From the NCBI GenBank assembly GCA_951406725.2, contig OX597835.1, forward strand, positions 49,662,001-49,726,000: a stretch of DNA of 64,000 nucleotides. The letters run 5' to 3'. The position numbers and the translations under genes were made by a program. This DNA comes from Octopus vulgaris (lineage: Eukaryota). The notes below the pieces were generated by a model. It saw only the letters and a program-made list of their open reading frames with translations. It was not told the origin of the DNA and did no database searches. This document shows positions 14,589 through 26,967 of the stretch, one piece after another (positions within the stretch are counted from its first letter, which is position 1; each line of letters starts with the position of its first letter).

Positions 14589-14904
14589 CGGCAAATCGAA
14601 AATAAAAATATAAACAAAACTGCTTAAGTCAAAAGGAAGTACAGTGTACCAGGTTGATGCTCAGTTTAAGATGGACAAAAAAGATGGGGTGTATAACGTT
14701 TCGAACTTGGCTCTTCGTTAGAAAGAGGTGAGAAGGACAAAAAACAGTCCAAGAAAAGCAGATGCGTTGTTACATGGCTCATATATGTGCGTATGTGTGT
14801 GGAATTCACAAACTAACTCGAAGTTTTGTGCGTAACACTTATCTCTCGAGCCTTAAATCACTTTATGACATCTGCATGTGTATGTGTGTATAAATATATA
14901 TACA

Positions 14905-15145
14905 TACGTCACTAAAGTGACTGACGATGCTATTCAGCACCAGTATTGCTCGAAATAGGAGTCAAAAACAACTCATTGTCACAATAACACACCGTCTTAT
15001 TTACTGAAAAGGGAGGCAAGCTCCCTCAGCACCAGATAAAGCCAGATCGACAAGACGGTGCTTTATTGGTGCTTTGACCTGTTTTTGACTCCTATTTCTA
15101 GCAATACTGGTGCTTAATATCGCCCTCTGTCGCTTTAGTGGCGTA
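14905..15145. mobile_element. MITE-like element with about 65-bp imperfect terminal inverted repeats
   Basis: 14905-14970 (tacgtcactaaagtgac…gcaccagtattgctcgaaataggagtcaaaaaca) is the reverse complement of 15080-15145. Both flanks are TA-rich. Confidence 0.7.
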
Positions 15146-15204
15146 TATATTTTTACCTTTCGATAGAAGAATTGCTAAGACCCCACCCTTATTATATATA
15201 TATA

Positions 15205-15875
15205 TACTACTTCTGCTCTTCACTCCTACTCTTCTTCTCTCTTCTCTTCACTCCCTCCCCTTCTCCCTCCTCCCCCTCCCTTCATCGTCACCCCTTCCTC
15301 GTAACAATCCAACCCCACCTTCTCTATCCATCCCATCGCTTACACCCTCCCACATACCCCACCTCAGCCTAACCCGCACCCCACCCTTGCTTTCCCCATT
15401 ATCGCCTCACCCACATCCCCACACCACACACCACCACACCATACACCACCAAAACGCACCACATCACATCACACCACCACGCACACACTAGAACTGACCA
15501 CTTCCCAGCCCCACACCATCATCCACGCATTTACACATGCACACGCACACGTCAAAGTCACCAACCCGCTTCCACACGCACATACATGCTCTCTTATACA
15601 CATGCACGCGTACCTTCGTTTTGGGATCACCACTACTTTATTATCTCCCCTTCATTCTAGCTGTCCTGTGTGACCCCTCTGTCCGGCATTCGTCATGATA
15701 TATCGGTAGCCGCTACACATTCTTTATTTACTATCCCTGTTTCTTTCTGTGGAAGAGCGTAGGCTCGAAACATTAAAGACTTTTGCACTTCCCGAGCGTT
15801 AAACTAATACATCTGTTTGTTGTCTACATAACCTGTCTTCGTCTTTTGTTTTGTTCTTTTCTGTGAATTCTCCTT
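15205..15875 (+). mobile_element. Probable Penelope-like element 3' end/pLTR fragment with hammerhead-like motif
   Basis: C/A-rich 3'-UTR-like tract, then ctgtggaagagcgtaggctcgaaac (15747-15771) and a T-rich tail ending in (TA)n. Sister fragments occur at about 2600-2755, 14590-14780 (-) and 17540-17760. Confidence 0.55.
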
Positions 15876-16198
15876 ATATATATATATGTATATATATATA
15901 TATACATACACACACACACATATTAGGTGGGGATACGAAAAAGTCCTTCCTGTTGACTATATCTCAACCAGCACCTACTCCACTGCTCCGGGTCTACGCA
16001 TGTTTTCTATGTTAATACTAAAATTCTTCAGTTTTGTTTTTGGCGGGAAAACACCTTGTTAATCTCCGAAACTGATTAGAGAGCAAATATGTCCGACAAT
16101 CATAGAATTACTACTGAAACCACGGTCCCAGGTTTTGGCATGGTTTCCTGGCAAAAACCTCCATTAAATATTAACGGTGTTGCTGGGCATTATTATTA

Positions 16199-16280
<82 letters not shown>

Positions 16281-16474
16281 CATTATTATTATTATCATTA
16301 TTATTATTACTATTATTATTATTATTATTTCTCTTGTTTTTATCCTTGTTTTTCTGGTTCTCGGACACAGCAACGAACTGACTGGAAGAAAAGTGACAAA
16401 ATATCAAATATCACCACCCAAATAACCAAAGCAGCAATAACAACTACAACAACATGTACATACACACAGGCACA

Positions 16475-16535
<61 letters not shown>

Positions 16536-16627
16536 GCACACACACACACAGGCACACAGCCTGGAGATGGTCGAATTTTGGGCGTTAAATGAGATTTGGT
16601 AAAGTAAGAAAAGTAGAAACAAAAAAC

Positions 16628-16662
<35 letters not shown>

Positions 16663-16669
16663 TTTCTAT

Positions 16670-16803
16670 TATAGTCACAGGCCAGCAGTTTGGCGGGAGG
16701 CGACAAGTCGACTATATAGACCCCAGTGTGAAACTGGTACTTATTTCATCGACTCCGAAAGGATGAAATGCAAATCGACATCGGCGGAATTTGAACTCAG
16801 AAC
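16670..16803 (-). mobile_element. SINE family A fragment embedded in (AAT)n
   Basis: ctggtacttatttcatcgactccgaaaggatgaaa…ggcggaatttgaactcagaac. Confidence 0.8.
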
Positions 16804-16861
16804 ATAATAACGAGTTCTTTATTTCTTTTTTTCAATTTATTTTCTTTAAAAAAAAAAAAAA

Positions 16862-16904
<43 letters not shown>

Positions 16905-17016
16905 TAATGATAATCACGATAATGAATAGTGATTATAATAAATAGCGAAAGCTATATTCATAGGGAGACTAAATCAAAATAATGACAATATTTTCTTCGT
17001 GGTCATTAGGTTATTA

Positions 17017-17088
<72 letters not shown>

Positions 17089-17109
17089 GTGTGTGTGTGT
17101 AGTGATCTA

Positions 17110-17345
17110 TGGGTTATTAGTTAGGATGTTGAACTCATGATCGTTAGATTGTGGTTTCGATTCCTTGACCGGACAATGCGTTGCGTTATTGAGCAAAACA
17201 CTTCATTTCGCGTTGCCCCAGTCCACTCAGCTGGCAAAAGGGAGTAACCCTGCGACGGCCAGGCGCCCCGTCCTGATGTAGCAATGGGGCGAATATACCC
17301 CACATTAACCCGGCAACAAATATTGAGTCTATATCCACTCGGAAA
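17110..17345 (+). mobile_element. SINE family D copy
   Basis: gtggtttcgattcc B box followed by ttgagcaaaacacttcatttc…ccagtccactcagctggcaaaa. Confidence 0.75.
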
Positions 17346-17412
17346 AGAGTAACGGTATATATATGTGTGTGTGTGTATGTATGTATGTGTGTATATATAT
17401 ATATATATTATA

Positions 17413-17455
<43 letters not shown>

Positions 17456-17760
17456 TATATATATGTATATGTGTATATGTATATATGTGTGTATATGTAT
17501 ATATATATATATATATATGTATGTATGCATGTATGTATGTAACCGCACGTTGACTGTAGGCGATTTTACCTTATTTTTCTTTATTTTTCTTTGGACTTTT
17601 CTGTTACCGACGAAGAGCTATGCTCGAAACACTAACAACTCTCCCTGCTTTCACCGAGCATCAAATTAATATATTTCTTGTGCATGTCCTCACGTTCGTT
17701 TGTTTTCTTTTTTGTTTTTTCTTTTTTCTCTGTTTTTAATTGTTAGTTCTTTGAATTAAT

Positions 17761-18456
17761 TTTATATATATATACATATAAAACTCAACTTGTGTGTCTG
17801 TGTGTGTGTCTGTGTGTTTAACGTCCTGGCACATCTCCTCCTAGCCAACAAATCGTAGAACCACCAAAAATGGGTCACTTAAAGTTTAGGCGAATGAAAA
17901 TTGAACTGCGCTATTTCTGTTCCGAAATTCATCTCGCAAGTGCAAAAATCGATAATCCCATGCATTGAATAGTGAACTTTACTCAGTCAGCTGTTTGGCG
18001 TGAATTGTTTTCACCACGCGTGCAAGCATGCGTAAATTGCATGAAAAATAAAAAATCAAGATATAAAAACGAATCGCCGTAAACATTGTAGAAATTCGGC
18101 AAAGAAATGAATTTTCGGGATGTAGCCTGGAGGGTTTTTTCGTATTAATCGTTTGGACTTTGTGAACACATACCAATTGTTTTCATAACATTTTTAACGC
18201 TTTGAATTAAATGTGACCATTTTGCGTTGAGTCTGCAGTTTGAATCACTTTAACCAAATTTTAGCAGGCCGGATTTTTGATCATCACGATACATCGCCAG
18301 CGACTCCCTGAAGCTCCCCTGAAATCCCCGTTGAGAAATCTATATATATAAAACTCAACTTGTGTGTCTGTGTGTGTATCTGTGTGTGTGTCTGTGTGTT
18401 TAACTTTTGGATCTACCAAGTTTCATTATTAAGGATGGAAAGTAGTGTGTAGCAAA
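17761..18456 (+). mobile_element. Two Helitron-like 5' ends of one family in tandem
   Basis: (tc)tatatatataaaactcaacttgtgtgtctgtgtgtg…tgtttaac occurs at about 17761 and at 18339. No CTAG terminus of their own was seen. Confidence 0.6.
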
Positions 18457-18846
18457 TCTATATATATAAAGCTGAAGTTGTCTGTGTGTGGCAGGTTTGG
18501 TAGCCTTCAACTAACACTATCTCCTTCGAGACCCCGCAGCGCAAGTTGACCAAAATTGAAAGTATGATAGAAGAAGGCTTGCTCTTCATTCTGTAGTAGA
18601 TAAAATTCAAATCGGACCATGTTAACACTAAAAATTATTTACATCAAAAAGGTGCTTTTTTTTTCTATGAAAATCCCTATTTTTTACGATTTTTGACTGC
18701 TTTGTCACCATTTTTCGGTGTATTTCAACTGGAAAAATGTTCACTTGAAGAGAATAACAAGCTGCATAATGCAAAATTTTTACTTTTCAAAATTCCGATT
18801 CTAAAGGATCGAAACAAACCCAAGCAACACCGGGTGATACTGCTAG
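18457..18846 (+). mobile_element. Non-autonomous Helitron
   Basis: A|TCTATATATATAAAG… 5' end, subterminal hairpin-like acccaagcaacaccgggt, and a 3' CTAG|T end. It is inserted between A and T with no target-site duplication. Confidence 0.85.
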
Positions 18847-18881
<35 letters not shown>

Positions 18882-19820
18882 GTATCACACACTATATATA
18901 TATATATGTATATATATGTATGTATATATATATATATATATACACACACATACACACACACAATATATATATATGTATATATATGTATGTTATATATATA
19001 TATATATATACATATACATTATATACAAAGAGAGAGAGATACATATTAGATATAATTTTTAAGTTGAGCATACATCGGCGCACTATGGGACGATACGATC
19101 GTAGTGAATAATATAGAATCAACTGAATTCCATTTTCTTTTTCTCAATATCTTATATACAAATTAGTATTTGTAATTATATATTATAATGCATATGCATA
19201 CTTATGTGTGTGTGTGTGTGCGTGTGTGTGTGTGTGTGTGTGCATATCTACACACACGCACATACATTTTGCTAGGTGAAGGTTGTGATTTCGTGTTTTC
19301 ATGTAGTTTTCTTTTTTTTTACAAATATTTATTACTATCATTTCTCTTTTTGCTTTTTTTTCATCTCGATTCAAGATGGATGCATTAATTATTTAAAACT
19401 ACATTCAATTACCACGGTATAATTTTGGGGGCAGTAGTGTGTTCGAAAATAATTCGCGAATAATAGTTCCCTATAGTTGCCACAAAACTGGGTTATGTGT
19501 AAAATAAATACGTATATATATATATATGTATATACATTTGTGTATGATATATATACACGCTTGTGTATGTGTTTTTGTTTGTAAGTAAGTATGCCTGTAT
19601 TATATATACGCATTGCATTTTGCTGTCTCTCCCTCAGTCCATTCTCTGTTATTCATTCTTGGTCTTCATAATTTGAGAATTCTCAGGGAAAGAAAGATAA
19701 TAAGAGAGAAATGCAAACAGCCATAAGCATACTGATGAGACTCTGTTCGTCATTGTGACTCTGGACTCGCTTTCACAAGCTCTATCAATCGCTTCTTTCA
19801 CTATAATACAAAATATATTG

Positions 19821-20047
19821 GGTTTCACATTTTGGTACAAAGCCGGTAATTTCGGGGGAGGGGTTAAGTCGATTACATCAACCCCAATAATCGACTGATG
19901 CTCATTTTGTCGATTATCGATCTCGAAAGGATGAAAGTCAGTCAACCTCAGCGGAATTTGAACTCAGCTCGTAAGTTCTTAACGAAAGACGAAATGCCGC
20001 CAAGCATTTTTCCCGCCGCGCTAACGATTCTGCCACCTCGTCGCCTT
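19821..20047 (-). mobile_element. SINE family A, near full length
   Basis: Reverse complement of the head (ctaacgattctgccacctcgtcgcctt), B box and central motif. Confidence 0.8.
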
Positions 20048-20943
20048 ACTATAATACGAAATATGTCGTATTCCATTATCACCCATGGCCCTCTAAAGTC
20101 AAATGTACTCCGCGGTGGACTGCAGCATCTCAACATCCTTATGGTTTCGGAGAAAACAGAATACGAAACATGATTTATTTTTGAATGGGGGTTGCGAGGG
20201 TAGGGTCCGGTAGGTCTCTCTGTACCACCTCCGTGTCCCACAGACAAGTGTCGATGTTGGAAATGATAATCATTATCTCATCATCATCATCATCATCATC
20301 ATCATCACATTAACCATTACAATCGTCGTTATTATCGTCATGGTCGTCATCATCATTATCGTTATCGTGATCAGCATCATCAGCATCGCGGTACTCAATA
20401 TCACCACTAACACGGCCCTCACCATCGACGGTGATAGGGGTATCAGAGATGGTGGTCGTGGTGCTTATATATAAGCCACCCTGAAATAACAAACAAACGA
20501 AGAAAAGAGAAAGTAGGGAAAATAAAAAGAAAAAGTAACAAAAAGAGACGAAAATCACACAAAACATAACAAAACGAAAACAATAAATGGCAAAATTGAA
20601 CGAATGTAAGAGAAAAGACGAAGCAGCGAGTGAAAGAGGAAAGAAATTCTGCGTCGATTTCTCCATCAGGAAAGAAAAAAGATAAAACACATGGAAAGTG
20701 AATGTGCAAGAATGGCGGCTGTCAGTTGATATGTTTGTCTGACAGGATGTAAAGGGTTTTTAACTAATAGGGATCACATTGAAGGAATACCTGAACAATA
20801 AAACACCGTTTCTGCTGACATTTCTATTAGTCTGCTTTCGTACATACATACAAACGCGCGCACACACACACGCACACATCCTTCTACATTGCAATATATG
20901 TGTGTGTGTGTATACATACCTTTAAAATTTGTTTACGGATGTA

Positions 20944-21014
<71 letters not shown>

Positions 21015-21515
21015 CTTGGTGATGCAAACAGGAAAATAGAACTCAGTTTCCGTCGCCCCGAGACAAGGTGCCACGCTGTGGGACCGAACTTGCAACCATA
21101 TGGGTCAGGCAGACTTCTTACCCCAGAGCCATGTTTGCGGCCATAGCTGTTTTTCTTTAACATTTCTGCATACTATGTCACTTTTTTGCTCTTGTTCTTG
21201 TTAATGATGATGATGATGATGTTTATCCACCAGACTATGATGAAGATTGTTACAACCATAACCGACATTTTCCACTTTCACGCATTGTGTATCGAGGACT
21301 ACATTAACTCAGGTGTATGTGTGCGCGCGTGTATACGTGCGTGCGTGTGTGTGTGTGCGCCCGCGCGTGTGTGTGTACAAATGTACGTATGTGTGGTGCC
21401 CGATCTTGACCGCCGTTTAACGACTGAAACATGTAAAAAAGTGAAAAACTATTATATATATACATATACATATACATAGAGAGTGAGAGATGGATGCATA
21501 TATGTCCCTATGGCG

Positions 21516-21622
21516 GAAGAAGAAGAAGAAGAAGAAGAAGAAGAAGAAGAAGAAGAAGAAGAAGAAGAAGAAGAAGAAGAAGAAGAACAACAACAACAAC
21601 AACAACAACAACAACGACGACG

Positions 21623-21654
<32 letters not shown>

Positions 21655-21655
21655 A
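21516..21655. repeat. Compound trinucleotide microsatellite (GAA)n-(CAA)n-(CGA)n
   Basis: Directly visible. Confidence 0.95.
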
Positions 21656-22061
21656 GCAGTGACGTCGACCTTGTTTAATGAAGCGTTCAAATTCTTTTGC
21701 TTGCCTGAAACGGTAAATGCAATAAAGACATTTTTTATTGAAGTCCGGGAGAAATGGAGAAGGTTGTTCTTTTTTTTTTATATATATATTCTTGACCCCT
21801 AAGCGTGTGGGCGTTAAAGGCCGATGAATGGGGACAGACGAAGAAGCGGGAGGAGAAAGTCGTCTTTAACCACACACACTGACAATCACACGAGTTCAAA
21901 TACAGAAACCACACATATACACACATATATATACACACGCACACATACGGATATGGATTCTTAAGAATATACGTGGAGACGCGAGGACTTCGGAATTTTT
22001 CAAACGTTAGATACTACTACTACTATTACTACTGCTACTTCTAGTAATAATAATAATCATC

Positions 22062-22562
22062 CTTTCTACTATAGACAGAAGGCCTGAAATTTGTGAGAAG
22101 GGGATAAGTCGATTACATCAACCCCAGTATTCAGCTGGTACTATTTTATCGATCTGGTCATGACGAAAGGCAAAGTCGACAATCGTTTCTACAATAAGGA
22201 CAAAGCCTGAAATTTGTCGGAGGGGGAAGTACATTAGATCGACCCCAGTACTTATTTTATCGAGCCCGAAGGGATGAAAGGCAAAGTCAACCTGGGCGGA
22301 ATTTGAACTCAGAACACAAAGATGGCTGAAATGCCACTGAGCATTTTTCCCGGCGTGCAAACGATTCTACCAATCCTTTCTGCTATAGGCACAACGCTTG
22401 CAATTTTGAGGGAGGAGACTGTCGATTACATTGACACCCCCTCCCCAGTATGCAGCTGGTATTTATTTATTTTATTGATTGCGAAAGAGTGAGAACCAAA
22501 GACGACCACGGTGGAATTTCAGCTTAGAAAATACTGTAACGATTTAGCCAGCTCGCCACCTT
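22062..22562 (-). mobile_element. Head-to-tail trimer of SINE family A units
   Basis: Units start at about 22062, 22181 and 22373, each with the ggcctgaaattt…gtcgattaca…ccccagta…tttat motif. Confidence 0.8.
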
Positions 22563-23944
22563 AATCATGATGATGATGATGGTGGTGATAACTCGATATA
22601 AGATTACAACTTAGAGTAGAGTGGAATACAGTCTGATTGTGACTTCGAAGTTTCACCGATAATGACATCAAACGAAACGTTGCGAATGACAGTTACAGCT
22701 ACCCCGTGCACGTATAATGTGTGGTGTGTGTGTGTGTATTTTCCAGTTATGTAATAGTAGCAGTTACGGAGATGTACTTGCATAGCAAGTGACCTGATCT
22801 GAGATCGTGTGCTGGAACGAAAACAATTGCAGCGTGGAAGGTGTTTATAAGCCATTTAAGAAACGCACAAAAGATTCACTTCAACATTTAAATTGTAACA
22901 GCTTTACAACAAACACATTATCAATACCACAAACTTAACATATGTGTTGTTGTTTAAACGCCAGAAACTGTGATTTTATTTCATCCTGGAAAATCCCTTT
23001 AAAGGCATATAGTCTTCCAATCCCCATATATTGCTCAGGCGAAACAAAGTCATCCCAGAAACAGTCTCGAGAATGACAGATATCCTTTCTTCGTAGTATT
23101 TGTTTTGCCAGGTAAACCTAACGAGTTCGTGTTTTTAGGGAGCACAATTTAGCCACGGCCCGAATAGTAAACAAAAATATCAGATTGACTTGTTTCAGCG
23201 TTTATTAGAATCTCATCAGGGTTCGTTTTATTAGCTTCCGTCGACCGATATAATAATAGTTTATTATACACATCCTGAGCTGATGCTCCCAATTTGCGAA
23301 ACAGTGCAAGCGCAGGCAACGTAAATTAATTATTTGATAATATCAATTCGCACCACATGTTTTTGTTTTGTTTTTTGGGGTTTTTTTTTATATATATTCT
23401 TAATTCTTTAGTGGGGGGTCGGGGTGCATTTTCAAATATAAGGTGAGTCTTCACGTGTATTGAATGAACATGCAATTTAGCCAAGCTTTTGAAATATAAA
23501 ATAAAGCTGTTATAAAACAGCTTTTCTAAATTATCTCAAAATCTACTTTGTAATCTTAATTAATGTGTGTGTTTACGCGTGTGTGTGCGCATGCGTCTGT
23601 TTATGTATGCAGGTGTATTAATAGCCACACCAGATCTCAGCGCTAAACTGGATCCAGATTTACGCATGCGCGAGCAACACCCAACGAGTATTCAGTTCTG
23701 ATTAGTGACGTTTCCAATCACGATTGCCTTCGTTGTTGTTGTTGTTGTTGTTGATGTTGTTATTAATTAATTAATTTATTTATTGTCGTTTTGTTCTTAT
23801 TTCTTTGTTTTGTTGTTTGCGCTTTGTTGGTGTTGATGTTCTTCTTACTGTTGTTGTTGTTGTTGTTGCTCCATTTCACGAATAAGTTCTTCATTACTTT
23901 CTTCGTCTTTCTTCTTCTTCCACTTATTAACATTATTATTTTTA

Positions 23945-24042
<98 letters not shown>

Positions 24043-24441
24043 TCTATTATTATTATTGTTATTGTTATTGTTGTTGTTATCTGTTGTTGTTGTTGTATTA
24101 GTTGTTTCTCTTTTCCGAAATTCGTTCTGTTGTTATTCTCATATTATTTTCTGATTCATCTGTTGCTTTTGTGTGTGTGCGCATGCGTATGTATGCCTGT
24201 GTGTGTGTGTGTGTGTTATTATTTAAATCAATTGTAAAAATAAGAAAGAGAGAAAGAGAGAGAGGTGTAGTAAGAGAGAGGGGTGTAGTAAGAGAGAGGG
24301 GTGTAGTAAGAGAGAGGGGGAGACGTATCTAGTTTTCATCCGGAATCATTGCTGCCTTTAACAATTTATTTACGGATTGTGAACGTTTTTAATGAGAGAT
24401 TGTGGGATATAGGGGTGGGGGCTGGGGGGAGATTAAAGAAT

Positions 24442-24593
24442 GGTACAGCTGTGGGGGTGCAGGTGATGGTGAGGCTGCTTTACCGAGGGAAGGAGTGAAT
24501 GGGAGGTCCCGGCTGCTGGGTGTTTCATAGGTAATAATAAGTCACTTGGTTAGTTATGTCTGCTGGCGGCCCACATATATATACATACACGCG

Positions 24594-24651
<58 letters not shown>

Positions 24652-25113
24652 ATCTTTTACTTGTTTGAGTGACATCAGACTGCGGCCATGCTGGGGCACC
24701 GCCTTTTAAGGACTTTGACACCAGTACTTACTTTTTCTGTACCTTTTAAAGCCTGCAACTTTTTCTATTGGTTCTCTTATGCCGATCTGCATAGATATGG
24801 GGACGTAAACACAGCAACCCCGGTTGTCAAGCAGTGGTTATGGACAAATGCACACACACGCACATAAATATATATATATATATGTCAAAGTTCTTAAAAG
24901 GCAGTGCCCCAGCATGGCCGCAGTCTGATGTCACTCAAACAAGTAAAAGGTCATATGTGTGTGTGTGTGTGTGTGTTTGTATATGTGGGCCGCCAGCAGA
25001 CATAACTAAGTGACTTCTTATTACCTATGAAACACCCAGCAGCCGGGACCTCCCATTCACCCCTTCCCTCGGTAAAGCAGCCTCACCATCACCTGCACCC
25101 CCACAGCTGTACC
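24442..25113. repeat. Large imperfect inverted duplication (foldback)
   Basis: Arms 24442-24720 and 24883-25113 are reverse complements and include unique sequence, (CA)n and a SINE end. Confidence 0.92.
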
Positions 25114-25214
25114 CTTAGTGGTTAGCCATATTTAGATGGCAAATATACTTCACATATATATATATATATATCTATATATATATATATATATATGCATGTA
25201 TGTATGTATATATG

Positions 25215-25285
<71 letters not shown>

Positions 25286-25367
25286 ACAAAATAATAAATA
25301 AAACATATGCATATATACATACATATATGTACTACGTACATCTATATGCATATATACATGCATATAT

Positions 25368-25900
25368 GGGTACAGGACACCAAAAAAACCTCGAACACAA
25401 TGAGAAACGAAAACACCAAGGAAACGGACATTTTTTTAAACAACGAAAAAACAGAGTACAAGACATACAACACCAGAAAAATTCTCTGTTTTGTCTACTC
25501 CGTGTTTCGAAGGTAAAGGCGAGACACGACTCCGTAGAAACAATCCTTCCCGCAAAGCAAATTAAAAAAAATTTGAGATTTTTTGCGGAGGGGTAAAAGT
25601 GGTAACAAAAACAGGACAGTAAAGACAATACAAATAAAAACAGTAAAAGACAGGACAAAGAGAATAACAGTAACACGAACATTAAGGGTTGTTAAGCCTG
25701 AACGAAGGAAAAATTATTTTGAACGCTTTGAAAACGGCTTGAGATGGACAGAGGGAGCCGTCTACACTTGTTGGAAGCAGTAGTCAGAAAAGCAGTGGAC
25801 TTCTGGTCACGCGTCAGTGACGGGAGGGAGAAGGAGGAGGAGTAAGAGAAAGGGAAAGAAAAAAGGGAAGGGTTGTAGAGAAAACCAGAAAGAATGAAGA
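25368..25900 (-). mobile_element. Probable interspersed repeat fragment (possibly Penelope-like pLTR) bounded by (TA)n
   Basis: A-rich, strand-biased tract between microsatellites. The minus strand has …ccttcgaaacacggag. Its architecture is similar to the other pLTR-like fragments. Confidence 0.35.
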
Positions 25901-26009
25901 ATGAGAGATGGAGGGGGACAGAATGGTTAAGAGTGCGCATTATTATATATATATGTATGTGTATATATATATACATATATATATGTGTGTCTGTGTGTGT
26001 ATATATTTG

Positions 26010-26042
<33 letters not shown>

Positions 26043-26065
26043 ATACACACACACACACACACAAC

Positions 26066-26214
26066 AAGCTTCTTTCAGTTTCCGTCTAACAAATCTACTG
26101 AGAAGGCTTTGGTCGACCTAAGGCTATAGTTGAAGACACTTCCCCCAAATTCCATGCAGTAGAAATAAATCCGGAGCCACGTGGTTGGGAAACAAACTTC
26201 TTACCACACAGCCA
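26066..26214 (-). mobile_element. SINE family C head (tRNA-like)
   Basis: Minus strand reads gctgtgtggtaagaagtttgtttcccaaccac…ggtcgaccaaagcctt…agacggaaactgaaagaagc. The same motif occurs at 52610-52760 and 59608-59695. Confidence 0.8.
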
Positions 26215-26226
26215 TATTTCCCCCCC

Positions 26227-26257
<31 letters not shown>

Positions 26258-26319
26258 GCTATATATATATACACACATATACACCAACATATGTGTGTGT
26301 ATGTGCGTGTCATACATAC

Positions 26320-26369
<50 letters not shown>

Positions 26370-26967
26370 ATGTATGTATGTATGTATGTATGTATGTATG
26401 TATGTATAAGTTTATATATACATGTGTGTATGACATGTATATGAGAGGTAAGAAAAGGAGAAAGGGAGAGACAATGGAATGCAATAGAAAACACTATCCA
26501 CAAAATAATGTGAAACAACAGACTAGAATCGGTTGATACAATAGAATAAATATGGCGTATAACTGTGACAATGGCATAAATACAAAATATACAAAACACT
26601 GAACAATACATTGCAATACTATACAATATGGCGGATACAATACAGCACAACGATAATATAACACCATTCAAATATAATTCCCCCTCTCTCACTGTGTGTT
26701 TATGTGTGTGAGTGTGAGAGAGTGTTTGTGTGTGTATATGTATGTGTCTGTGTGTATGAATATGTGTGCATGTGTGTGTGTGTATATATATATTGATAGA
26801 TAGATACACATACATATACACAGACTCATACCCATCCACTATTAAGTTTAACGCAGCCGGTCTTCTAGAGAGTATTTAGAGCCAGCGCTGAAACTTAGGA
26901 CGTTTGGTGTACGAATATAGATGTGTGTGTGAGTGTGTATGGTCCTGTTTTCATGCATGTGTCTGAG

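Noticed and set aside
24259-24318. Short direct repeats (18-bp x3 here, 28-bp at 39024, 42-bp at 28516) as CRISPR-like arrays
   Set aside because: They are contiguous tandem units without unique spacers, in a eukaryotic context. They are ordinary minisatellites.
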